Both the position numbers and the translations under genes were made by a program. A stretch of 64,000 nucleotides of DNA from Lingula anatina. Taxonomy: Eukaryota > Animalia > Brachiopoda. This document shows, one piece after another, positions 39,698 through 52,223 of the stretch. The DNA lies in assembly GCA_051362555.1 (NCBI GenBank), contig CM120643.1:4712001-4776000 (forward strand). The letters are read 5' to 3'. Every line of letters begins with the position of its first letter. Position 1 is the first letter of the stretch. Below the pieces are notes generated by a model. The model was not told the DNA's origin and made no database searches. It was given only the letters and a program-made list of their open reading frames with translations.

Positions 39698-42600
39698 AGT
39701 GTTCCCACCCAACCACCCCCGGTACATTTTTCTTTTATAGTAACTAAAGAGAAAAGCCCTTTTGGAAAAGAATGTAATATGTTCCAAGTACCTGGATCGA
39801 GCCCCCACCCTTAGAGTTCCGCCGAGCCAATGAAAACGCTAAGTCATTTTGCATATAATTGTTAAGTATTTTATTTAGAGCAAAATAAACTGCCACTGAT
39901 GTGTTCTCATATTCTAAACACCCACTTATTAAATATTTTAAATAATATTTTTATCACAATAAGTTTGGAATATTCAGATGTGTTAAACAAAAATATTAAT
40001 ATCTGCATTAAGACTCGCTCGTGTTTGTTATGACAAATAAATTATCTAATGAACTAATTGGCTAATGTTTGATCTCAGATAAAAATGACAAGAGATTTTT
40101 CAATTTCATTTTTAACAAAAACAATGGCAGATCTAGTAGCTGTCTCATCTACACCACCATAGGTAAAAATCGAAAGAGATTCACTCTGATATGATAAATT
40201 ATGATTTTCAAAAAGTAGCAAAAATACTCCAAATTGCCAAGAATTTCAAAATGTGACACCCTTTCAAAGTACTATGTATCTGCCATTGTTTTTGTTTCAT
40301 TTTAACCATAAGGTGCTGTGAAATTTTTCAGGATATGGCTTTTTCTACATTTAATACGACAAAAAAGTTCAACAGTAATTGCTTGTAAGGAAAAAACAAT
40401 TTTACTATGTTTTGCAAAAAAATTGTCACAAGCCGTTTGTGAAATAAATTTCAAGATTTAACAGCAACCGATACATTTAAATACACTACAAGAGATACCC
40501 TTCAATGGGGAATGTAAAAAAATCAATCCCCTAGAGATATCGATTATTGAAAAAAAAGCATTTTTAGCAATTGCAACATATATAATTATCAAACCTAGGT
40601 AAAATGGAAGGACAAATCATTTAAAAGTCCAAAGATGTGTAACAAATGGTTCGTAACTTTCTGAACATAAACAATGTTCTCACACGAGATTATAAACATC
40701 ATTTCTGCATCTGCTGCTCGATATGCTGATGATGGTGCTGAGATAGGATTTTTCAAAAGCAGCAGTTTTGAAAATGTGAAAATTTGGATCATATAACTGT
40801 TCCTTTCATCTTTATGCAAAAGTGAGATCTGTTCAACAAATTAATGCCACAAATGCTATAGTCATAATTAGAAATAATTACAAAAATATTGCACATACTA
40901 CTCACCTTAACTTTAGAAAAATAGTTAATATTAATATTACAATCCAGATTAGAAAATTTACATAAATAACAAAAAACGTTTGACATATCCATGTTCTTTT
41001 TATGCAGTTAAGCAGGAAAACTTGGATTAACCCAATCAGTTTGCAACTACATGTAATTTTTGCAAATTGAGTCGTGAATTTTATATACTCCATTACTAAA
41101 ACAAAATGATCGTAACCGTAAAAATGACACTTTTCACTCAACAAGACAGCAAGTTTTCAATCTTCAAAAGATTATACAGATACGAATTTAAAGTAACTAG
41201 CTTTTGAGTCACCCTCCCTATGGAGATAAAGGCTTGTGAATTTCAAACGTGGCGATAGAATTGTAGAAAATTGGAACCCCAAACGGTGTTTTCAGATCGT
41301 AATTTTCTAAACGGTTTTTGGATAAAGTGAACATTTAAAGAAAATTACTGAAATTTCCAGATTTTTTTTTTTGCTTTATTAAAGCCCCTACCAGCATTGC
41401 ATGCCTTTAAAATTGAGAAATTAATTCCAGGTGTTCGAAGCGAGTGAAAATATTGTAAATGCTAAGTTCCGAGTGAAATGCTTGCTAGTTAGAAAAAAAA
41501 TAATTTTTTTAATCTCTTGATAGAATTTTGTCAACTAAGCATTAAACAATTTTAAAAATAGATTGAATTATGTTTTACTTGTAAGATCAATAACTCAAGG
41601 CTGCTTCAGTATGTATTATTTCTCTTCAAAGCATTTCAAAGGACATATAAATTACCAAATGTGCAAAATTACGTAAACAGTTTTCAAGGTAGCCTTTTTT
41701 TGATGAAAAGGTCAAATTGAGCTTCATTTGCGAGTTTTCATGGACTAGAAAAGTTTTCCTTACTTTTGATCATTATATTTGCATTAAAATAAACGTCAAG
41801 TCACAACTTGCTGCCTTGCTGAAGAATACCGCAAATAGTTTCACAAACGTCATGGAGGCAAACTCACACTTATAATTATAGTAAAACATGTTTAAAGACA
41901 TAAGGGGCAATTTTTTTCTTTGGCAAAATAAAACAAGTATTGTTACTAAAGACTACTCAGTGGTAGATATGCTGTTTTTTTTTCAAAAGGCTTTAAATTT
42001 GAAGGTAAAAAACCATGGTGAATTGCTTTGGACAGAGCGTTTTTATTAGTGAACGTGATAATAGACATTAGCTATAATGATAATGATAAATATCAAAATT
42101 ACGTCCAAGCATTAGTTGCAAATTGGCCCTAGCTTTTCGCCCCCTTGCCTTGAAAATGGCTGCTTTTAAAATCAGTCACGCAGAAAGCAGTGTAACTATT
42201 AACTAGGTCACATACTTCAATGGATCGAAATATTTCATATTATGGTATTATTTATGAAATCATGCCACAATTAGAAAGGGAAGTATATCACTAAACCTTT
42301 ATCCTGTTCTTTAATTTTCAATTGTGACTATTTTGCTCTACTAGAATTATCACTCACTAAATTTCAACAACCAAAATTTTAAACGAGCCACTCCACAGAA
42401 TTTTCCCCATTTGACTGTTTCGCATGTAAAACTTTACTGCCAGTGCTAACTCTATCTATTTAACATGAGGCACAACTGCAATTTTCAGTGTCACGAGGTA
42501 CCGGTACTTGATGAAATAAAGTAGGCATGGGGGACACAAAATATCACGTGGGGGAAAATATTAGTGGATGGCAAAACCCAGTGTTGCACAAGCCTATTCT

Positions 42601-43989
42601 TTTAATTGCATCAAAGATAAGATTTTGACAAATACCTAAAACCATTGTCTTAGAACGTCTCGCTGAATCACTTAAAACTGAAATATCCATATACTTAGTA
42701 TCCTGACCGCCTCGCACCCACACCCTGGTCACTCAGAAATGAAGAAGGGACATCTCTTCCAAGGGTTCAGGTTTCAAATGATCCATCGGGATAGGAGACA
42801 TATTTCAAAATACACTAGATTAAATCAATTTAATCAAGCTTCAGACACACGTCCCAAGGTACAATGACATTATGTAGGTCACTGGCTATCCTTATACGGT
42901 GTACTGCATGCTGTAATCTGAGCAGTTTTTGCTAGGTTTGACAAACCTAACCGTTCTATAGCGTCATCTGGAGGGGGGCATAAACGATCCTCTCTGTTGC
43001 AATCGTTAGCTTAGCAGATTGTTGTAGTGTGTGTGTGTGTGTGTGCGTGGACGCGCTTGTGAACGCTTAATCATAGAACCACAGAAATGGCGATAGTAAT
43101 GCAATTCGAACTGACATATATACAAATAAAGTAATAGTCATTTATGAGAAAAACGCCAACAGAAATGCTATCTACAAATTGTACGGGCAACATCTCTGCT
43201 TACGGTCAGCTGTCATTTTTAATCTGTTAATTATATAAATTTAAAAAAAAACATGTAAAACGACCTTAAAATACAACACCAATCTACCATAATGTAAAAA
43301 TGTAATGACAAAATAAGTAACCCATTAGAATAGAATTGAACAGATAGAAAGTGAATAGATAAATAATCAAAATCGGCCAAGTACTAGTATTTTAACTGAT
43401 TGGAAAAAAATATGCATACACCGTGCTAATATATTATATTATGAAAACTTCAGATATTGAAACAAAACACCCACTAGGCTATGCAAGACGACCTCTGAGG
43501 AAGCCTCTGTGGAGCAGTGGACTATCTAATAGCGGTTTCGGGCTCAACAATGGAATCATGTGGATGTCGCCGATGAGGTTAGATTCAACCAATACCATCG
43601 ACATAATCAAATTAAAATTCACACACTTCCTGACGAGACCTAGGACGAGTCGTGTGAAGTTCTAAGAGTAACTTAAAATGCGATGGGAGCAGTTGTAGAT
43701 GGAGCGGAATAAACCCTTTGAAAGATGTTACCTACATTTCAAGAAGTTTGTAGAATAAACACATTGTTTTAACATCTTCTTCATAGAAAAAATGCTTAAT
43801 CAATCTATATCTATATATATCAAAAAGGAAAAACATGGCCATTATCGAACCAACCATATTGTTTAGTGATTCGCAGTTAAAACTACATAACAAAAAACCC
43901 ATCATAAACAAAACATACTACAATAAAAAGAACGTTATACAGGTATTTTGATGATTCATGTTAATTCACCGTATAGATCTTGATAAAAA

Positions 43990-44090
43990 TAGAAGTATAT
44001 ATATTGATGCACCTTGAAAGATCTACATTATTTTACAACTATAATGTAGATCTTTCAAGGTGCATCAATATATATATATATATACTTCTA
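43990..44090. repeat. Long inverted repeat (hairpin)
   Basis: TAGAAGTATATATATTGATGCACCTTGAAAGATCTACATTAT, a 9-nt loop, then ATAATGTAGATCTTTCAAGGTGCATCAATATATA(TA)4TACTTCTA. Confidence 0.9.
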
Positions 44091-45039
44091 CAGGTATTTT
44101 GAAAGTACGTAGAGAAGATTCACCAACCTACTTCCTCACTGATAAATGCTAATAACTTCTATATGCAAAAACAGTTAGCAAATTATAAATGTTAGAAAAA
44201 AATAATACCACATTCCATGTTTTACATGTGTGTATAACATTTTCCCATTGATCCTACCATTGGCCAGATCTATTGATTTGCTGGGTGGGGGAGAGGGGGC
44301 GCGGGGCAAGCACACATACTAGTATGTATAAACGTGTATGTATACTACTTCCTTCGGCAAATACAGTAAAACCGTAAAACCACCTACGTTTATTAGGGAG
44401 TGGGAGGGAGAAGGGGGAGGGAGTATCGCCGAATTGAAGGGAAGGTTAAGTGCCCACTGTGTTCTTTCGTGGATCAGACATTGCGTACCGAAGTTGACGC
44501 TATTTACCCTTTATCACCTATGATGAGATGTGTGAGACTGTCACTCCTAGAAACAGTGATCATTAAGAACTGTTATGGCATATTTTGAAAACACCTATAT
44601 CTAAAATAACCTATAAAAGGTGTGTAAACTAAACGTCTTTCTAAACTCCCTGCGTATAATCCTTGGCAGGAATATCAGAATGTTTAGAAGTATTTTTTCA
44701 AACGCAGAGATACCACAAAGAAGAGAATGCATTAAAATAATTATATTATTAGAAGTCTTCTATTTCCAGTAGCCTGACCCATGCTTTTGGTACCATCGAA
44801 TCGTCTGCTGCAAACCTTCTCTTGGGTTTCTCGCCAAGTAGATGGAGTTTTGACGTGTCGGAAGTCGTTATACGGACGGTACGGTCCTTCACGTGTTCAA
44901 TATTGAGCGGTTCTTAAGATTCCATGCAGCGTTTTGGCTATGGCCATTACGGAGTGTTTATTGTTCACACCGATGTTGTATAGATATTGCCGATTGCCCC
45001 CTTGTACAGGTAAAGATCAAACGCGTCATCCACGTATGT

Positions 45040-45460
45040 TACGGCTTTATTCTGGTCCTCAAATCAAATTCGGTTCCTTGGTTCTAAATAATTTCCAAGA
45101 GGTTCTGTTCTGGTCCTACACCTGTGAATGTCCATCATGACGTGACCAAGCGTGTTCCCCAAACGTGTCTTTAGCTGGTTCCCCCTTGGCCCCGGAAATT
45201 TTCTGTGGTAGGGAGAGGGAGTGGGTTAATTATTTGCAGTATAGCAACCCAGTTAACAGTATTGATCTGCGACATCAAAAGGCTAGTTGGGTGATATTTC
45301 ACAGCATTAATTGAAAGAGATAAATTGCTGAGCAACCTTGTGTTCGAAGGATATTGCTGATAACTATTTATTCCCTTCATGCTTCCACCCCACCCGAGCA
45401 CTTGTAATTGATACTCTGTTTCATGATTAATGTAAAAGATCCAAAAAATGCAAAGAAGCC
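45040..45460 (+). repeat. Unclassified interspersed repeat, copy 3
   Basis: Similar to 30662-30807 and to the reverse complement of 33990-34452. Confidence 0.8.
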
Positions 45461-45585
45461 GTAGACATAATCAGACATTGACAATGACTAGTTATGTGGG
45501 TGAAATCATAATTATAACATTTACAGGGGAGAAGGTGGATAAGAAAATTCTCACTTGTATTGTTTACACCAAATGTTTATCTATA

Positions 45586-45625
45586 CAGGGAATTATATCG
45601 GATATAATTCCGATATAATTCCCTG
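45586..45625. mobile_element. 40-bp minimal TIR element with 7-bp TSD
   Basis: CAGGGAATTATATCGG-ATATAATT-CCGATATAATTCCCTG, flanked by ATCTATA on both sides. Confidence 0.7.
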
Positions 45626-46179
45626 ATCTATAGAAGAGATGAAATAAGAGAGACCTTTCCACTGCTCAGTGTACTCTCTGCTATGGTGGAGCACTATTGT
45701 ATAACTTTCTATGTTAATGTTATCAGATGATGAAAGCTTGTTACATTGAGTAGGCCTATCTAAAACTTACATTCTGGGGTAGAATATAAATTTCAACACT
45801 CTATCATTGTCTTCATTGGCTGTTTTATTTACCTTTTTTAAAGCCATGTAATTCTAAAATTGCAGTTGATTTCTTTGATGTTGGCTGTTCCTAGGTTCAC
45901 TGTACCTGTGGTCCCCCAAAGATGTGCCCAGAGCGCGAGGTATCATGCAGTTTAACGTGGTTGTAGCGCATTCTGTCTGAGGAGAGTTTGATAAAGCCAT
46001 GCTAAACCTTATGCAGGTATATTTAAAGTCAGTACAACTGTCTTCAGCTCTGCCTCACAATACTGGGAACGTTCATGGCTCTGCAGTGTCGCAAACATGT
46101 AGTTATTTATTAACTTGAAATTAAGCAATGTTTTAAGCACAATATAATATTGCAAAATAAATTTACATACATGTATATA

Positions 46180-46182
<3 letters not shown>

Positions 46183-46221
<39 letters not shown>
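46183..46221. repeat. (GT)n microsatellite
   Basis: Pure GT run. Confidence 0.95.
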
Positions 46222-46222
<1 letters not shown>

Positions 46223-46255
46223 TAAAAAGAAAAAAAAAAAAACAGCAGTTATTTT

Positions 46256-46290
46256 AACCCGACCGGTTTCATTGCATCCTCAGGGGGTTT
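46256..46290 (-). ncRNA. Minimal Penelope-type hammerhead ribozyme motif (possibly degenerate)
   Basis: The minus strand reads AAACCCC-CUGAGGA-UGCAAU-GAAA-CCGG-UC-GGGUU. This gives the CUGANGA and GAAA core, a palindromic ACCGGU stem III, a GUC cleavage triplet and a short CCC/GGG stem I. Stem II is essentially unpaired. Confidence 0.45.
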
Positions 46291-46389
46291 GTTTATTTTG
46301 GTTGCTAAGTGAGCATTACCTGATTTTACAGCTATAACCACATTTATTAACAAAAAGCATTTGCTAAACGTTTTGATATTAACAAATGC

Positions 46390-46441
<52 letters not shown>
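46390..46441. repeat. (AAT)n microsatellite
   Basis: Pure AAT run. Confidence 0.95.
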
Positions 46442-49400
46442 TTGATTTGCAGCTAAAAGTAATTGTATTTAACATAAAGTTCCATTTAGAAATCAAACTA
46501 AAAGTCCATTAATTTCAGTTTGCAGTGCTTTTTTAGTTCGGCGCATTGAGTACCATGTAACTCGAGTCATAGATGATTGTTTTTGTAATCTTTGAACATA
46601 CCGTGAAATAATGATTTCAATAGCTCATCTGTTTTGCATGCATGTGTTTTAAATTGTACAGCAGACGCTGTCAAAAATGTTACAGTTGCGCTGTTGGCTT
46701 ACGTCACATCTACCACAATCAACTTGGGCCGCCTGGTTATCTCTGTGGACTACTGCTTGCGACCTCAGAAGACACGATGAGTTGAATACCACTACAAACA
46801 TATCGGTACCAACGAAGTGAATCATTTTCTCGCCCACTACACGTTACGATCGGAAAACAGCCATATCAGGTTTCACAAGCATCCTCCCTTATGCCAAGAG
46901 CCCAAATAAGAACGCGTACATTTGCGTTGGCTAAATCTGTGTCTACACAGATTGTCGTCATTTCATTCCCTTAGCATTGTGATGATATTAGTTTGTGTCG
47001 TTTATTAACAGCCTGAAAACAAGGAAAGGGGAAAATCGTTCTTCAGTTAACAATATTAATCAAACTGACTTTTCTTAACACGAGCGCTCGGGTAGCCGTT
47101 CGTTTTTCACCTATACCGCCGGCTCCAAGATAAAATGCTGTGCATTCCTTGTGGGGAGTAAGGGGTAGAAAGCTGAAAAAGCGGGGAAAATGTACCACCC
47201 ACCTAACGACTTTGCACTGCCAGTCTCAATACCTTCAATACACACGGAGACAAAAGCGAGAAGAACAATAACACACCTTTCATGCGCCAAACTGGTGTGC
47301 CATATATAATATTGTCGCCTTTTTAAGCATATCAGCATGTCGCACAGGCAGATGTAATATTTGCATAAGGATTGAAAACACTTGCCGAATACTTGAAACC
47401 AATATTCTTGATCTGTTGATAACAACATGACATATAAAACAAAAGCAAAGAAAGAATATCGTACACTAGCATAGTTTCGTTCTTTGAACACTTTTAGTGT
47501 ATTTCCAACGATAACTTTTTTTAATCAGGAAAAAAGTTGATACCTTCTTGTTTTAAAACATACGATTTCTGAAAGGAGCGGTAATTTATATCTCCTAAGT
47601 TCTATAGTGTTAATAGAGTGGGCCTTAATACGTGCACTTACCAACTTTACTTTTTTACTTCTTTCGTTTTTCTATTTTTTCTATTTTTATTTATATTATT
47701 TATATGTATATTATTTTATTCATTATTGTTATTATTTTAGTTATTTATGATGTCGTATAAAGAAATTAGGGCGAATGCATTAAAAAAGAGCAGAAGAGAG
47801 ATAGAAAGGAATCAATTGCATTGCCTTCCTTAAATATTGGGTCAATTTACCCGGGAATATGAAGATTGCATATAGTCATTTCAAACGTTTATAGTGCTTG
47901 CCACTTCAGTGGAAAGATAATCAATGTTAAGAGCAACATAACATTTTTCAGATTTATCATGCCTTTTCATAAACTGATGAATTATTTTCTTGCATCTCGA
48001 GCCTTGTTAACACGTCGGCTCCACTTTGCCGTTTATCATCCTGTCTGGTATTGATTTTTAAGAGCGTTTCTCTCATCCTCTATGTTGCTTTTGTGCAATA
48101 CTTATTCTGCGAATATATCTAGCTATTATCCTAGATTTACTGAGTAAAAAAAAGAATAATCGGAGGTACTCGTATTCCCAAAAGCTTAATAGCTTCTAAA
48201 TTTGTCTTTTTAAAATAGTTTGAAAGAAATAGTGTAATGCATTGGTGTACTGAAGCTCGAATTTATCTCCTGAGTTTCCATAAGACTAACGATGAAATCT
48301 TTGTGCTTCCGGCTGCTTTACGCAAACAGAAATTTTTTCTCTGTGGCAAAAGTACGAATTTTCCACGAATGCGGCGCGATTTTCTTTTATCTCTCCTGAT
48401 CGCTACCTTTGCTTTGAATGATGACCAACGCCGCGGACTACAATAGACAGGAGGACAGATAGCGTTATCGACGAGTCCACAGAATGTATAGCAGTTCCTA
48501 ACCCGACTCCATAGGCTATGTACAGTGAGGCCGAGCCATATGATATAGCTCTCACAATATTACCCGGTTATTATTCAATCTATTACGTAACATGCCGCAA
48601 ACACGTATAAGCCCCGAACGCTGTATGACCTGGATCCTTGCCAGAGGAGGGCCATTGGAGGGTCATTGGTGTGGTCATTCAGGGAGTGGAGCTGATACAT
48701 GTGGTTGGAGAGAGAAAAACAAAACAGCAACGCTCGCTGAAATATAGAACGCAGGGACTGATCGGTCAGATCCAGGCTCTTATGGTCGCTTATATATCCG
48801 ATGAGGTTAGAAAAGGACAAGAAAAATTTATGTTTTAGTCTTCAAACCTAAAACAGTGCGTAGTATTTGATTTATTTTCACTCGTCATCAATTTCATTCG
48901 TTTTCTGTGAGCATTTTGGGACGATCCAAATAAGAAGAAGAAGTAAAATAGAGTTTTTAAATAAATTTCTTCTTTGTCTATTATATACAGACAGGTTCTT
49001 TGAATAATACACATTATTACATGCATAATAAATCAAGATGAAGACACAGGAGTTCAAAGTAATACAATACCCAGTGAAATTTGACCTAGGAAAAACAAGT
49101 AAAAAGTTTCTTTTATTGAAGAATTCGGAAACAGTTTTCCAAAGTCACTTGTCCATTTTGTATTAAAAATTTTCACGTCATATATTTTGATAATCCATAA
49201 AGAAAAAAAAAATCCACTAAAATCCTGCCAATGTGTGCGAAAATAATGGCATAATTTCAGTATGTGTTAAATTTTGAAGTTAATTTGGAAATGCTTTGCC
49301 ACAGGAGGAATTTGTTTACAAATGTTTATAGACATTTCTGTAGCTCAAATCATTAAAAAAAATAGTAGCTGAGGATTGTCTGAGAATAAATCCTTTGACA

Positions 49401-51670
49401 GGGACTGGTGCAATTATTGGGAATTTCAATTAATGCTTCTGGGCACTGGTGAAAAATTAAAAACAATAAAGAACATATTTTATCAAAATAAAAATAAATT
49501 ATTGAAAATTTCAATATTAATGCATTTGAACTTTGGTTAAAAATTAACAATTAAGAGGATATTTATCAAAAGAAAAAATAAACCTTTGCTTTTTTCACGA
49601 TAAGAGTGATGTGATTTTTAATAAAATAATATTTTCAGTAAGATCTAAACTGTATATAAGGGAATAAAAATAGAAAAGGTTCATTGTTTCAGGCAGGTAT
49701 TTGTATACTGTGCATTAATTAATTACTTACTGAAAAATGAATGCCTGTAAAAATTTTATCTTTCATTCACAGAAAAAATTCTCTCTGTTACCTTATTCCA
49801 CAGCTTATTGTCAATTAAATTCGAGTTCCAATGATAAATTTAAAGAGTAAAATGCAAAAATAAATGTGATACATATAATAATTTTTGGAAAACATCTTAT
49901 ACATTTAGTGAATTTGTTGAAATATTTCCGAATTTATTTCCAAAATGTATCACGAATATTTGACACATAATCTTCAAATACTTGAAAATTCACTTCCATT
50001 GAAATAAATAAATCATGCAAACAAAAGAGAATTGGTGAATATTGGTCTCATAGTTTCATGACATTTTGTAGTATATTGGCATATGTTTTGACAGCTCAAA
50101 CTGAAAAGATCAAACTAAGACAAAGCAGAAAAGTGAGGAGCAAAACAATTTCTTGGTGAACGACGCTGTCAAACTTTTAATCTTCACAGTTTACGATTGA
50201 ATAGCCGGGCTTTTTCAGTTTGATTCATTTAAGCAGGGATACTAAGGCAGCTTTATATTCACAAAGACAATTTATAATCTATGTTATTTTAGTAATGATA
50301 TTACGTTGAAAAAACGCAATAACAAATATCAGGGATTTACATATATATAAAAAAGAAATACGTTTCTTAAGGGAGAACATGACAGTTGATTGAAATATAA
50401 TTCCCACAAACAAAAATTCATTACTTGGTTGTAACCATAAAATAATATGAAATAAATTTAAGACCTACATAAGACAGAATTATCAAAATTGAAGCAAATT
50501 AAAAAACTAACTCGTATTACAGAAATTATTTTACTAATATTGATTAATTTTCAAATAGTTTTAATATATAAATTGACAATCTTCAAAATAGACAACCAAG
50601 AAGAAAACATCTATCTTGATTTTTGCTATCTCAGTTTGTAAATCCAATCGTAGTTAAATGTTCTTTCATCTAAGTAATTTGAGACATGTAGGCCTAAATA
50701 TTTTATCTGTATTTAGACTATGACTGTAATTAATGTAGGTACAAAAATTTTTTTTTCCTATTCAAGCGGTATTTTTCGGTGTTACAGCTTTCTTACGGCT
50801 TTGAGAAAAATAGTTCAGATCCATAAAAAAAAAAAAAAAATGGCAATAGTGTCGCATTTTCTAAATGATCTAGAGATCATGGGATTCAACAGAATGATTA
50901 ATTTCAAATGCTACTCAAAGGTATATTTTGAAAAACAATTTAAATTATATATAGTTATATAAATTTTTTTCACCAGTCTAAACATTTGAATAGGCTTTTC
51001 TTTCGTGCATAAAGAGCCGTGCATCTTTCTTTGATATATAGGCCTAGTAAGTTGCAGATAACAAGTATTTCTCTGGTTGGCGAAATGTGAGTCACAAAAT
51101 AATAGCTTAAGATTAACTAATCTGTGCCATTCTTGTGCTGATACACTCAAAACGAACAGTTCTTTCATATTAATAAGCACAATGTAAATATTTTCACAGA
51201 TTGTCAATTCCTAGATAGGCCTATAATAAAGTTAAGTCTCTCTCACCTCCTGTTACATTTTACATTTATATCCAGTTTTCCAGCATTTATGACACACTTA
51301 ACGCATATGACCCGTGAGGTTGGTAAATTTACAAGTAAAGCTATCTTTACTCTTCCGTGCAATAAGACATTTACTCTGCAGTTGTTTTGAGGCCGCGTCC
51401 AAAAGTTACAGAGAACTCAATGGAGTAAAGCAACACAAACCTCGTGTCAAGAAGGGGCCGGGGTTTAATTAACGCTCTGCCATGAATAAACATGACTTAA
51501 TCACGAGTAGGGACCTGTTTTAACATTGCATTCCTGGCAGTTATACACAAAGAGCATACTTGGCGTCATAAAATCAGATAAACGTCATGTGTGAATCCCG
51601 TGCGTGGTATAATTACTTAAATAAGCACCCAGGAGGGTTAAGTAACATTATGCAATTTCCGAAGGTAGGG

Positions 51671-51932
51671 TTTTGGCGCGCTCCGATAAAATTCCTCAAA
51701 CAACTCATTCACAAAATAGTCATTTGATAGCAGCAGCTCAGGGGTCAACAGAATTCGTTTACATAACCACATTAATGCCACTTTGAAATTGATTTTATGA
51801 GAAAAATGCTTTTCATAAACCAACGCTCGCTGGCGTCCTACTTTCTAGCTCAAATTCTGATTGGTTGAAAAGAGATGAATGACATATTTCAGCTAACTAG
51901 GTCACAACGCCTTTCAAGATGCAAAGATGGCG
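51671..51932 (+). promoter_or_regulatory. Putative lin-41/TRIM71 proximal promoter (E2F-like, CCAAT/NF-Y and YY1-like motifs)
   Basis: TTTTGGCGCG at 51671-51680, CTGATTGGTT at 51857-51866 and AAGATGGCG at 51924-51932, with rising CpG density just upstream of the CDS. Motif matches only. Confidence 0.5.
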
Positions 51933-52014
51933 ACGTGGGGAGAAGGGGTGAGCTGGAGCTCCTAACGGCAGACGCGAAAAAGTGACGGTAGGAGAGATTT
52001 CGAGCGTTTTTTAT

Positions 52015-52223
52015 CTACCTCAGCTTGTGAACATGAAGTAACTTGAGTCACATTGAAATCTATACCTCATCAACTAGTCAGGTGAACGGGAAAATATCTT
52101 CCATCGATGCCCATTCATACGTTCTCGAAGTTCGGCTGGGTTGATGCTCGTGTGTACGGCGATCGTGGGAGGTTCTCTGTTCGTGGCCACCAAGCCATTA
52201 CACAAGCTTCATGCGTTACCTCA
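52015..52223 (+). promoter_or_regulatory. let-7 seed matches in the 5' leader: CTACCTCA 52015-52022, TACCTCA 52063-52069, TACCTCA 52217-52223
   Basis: Exact complements of the let-7 5' end UGAGGUA(G). Function is inferred. Confidence 0.45.

Noticed and set aside
43630-43660. CTGACGA-GAC...GTC hammerhead-like start
   Set aside because: The required GAAA after stem II is absent.
47111-47491. 126-aa minus-strand ORF
   Set aside because: Non-ATG start, no domain similarity recognised, and composition typical of non-coding DNA.
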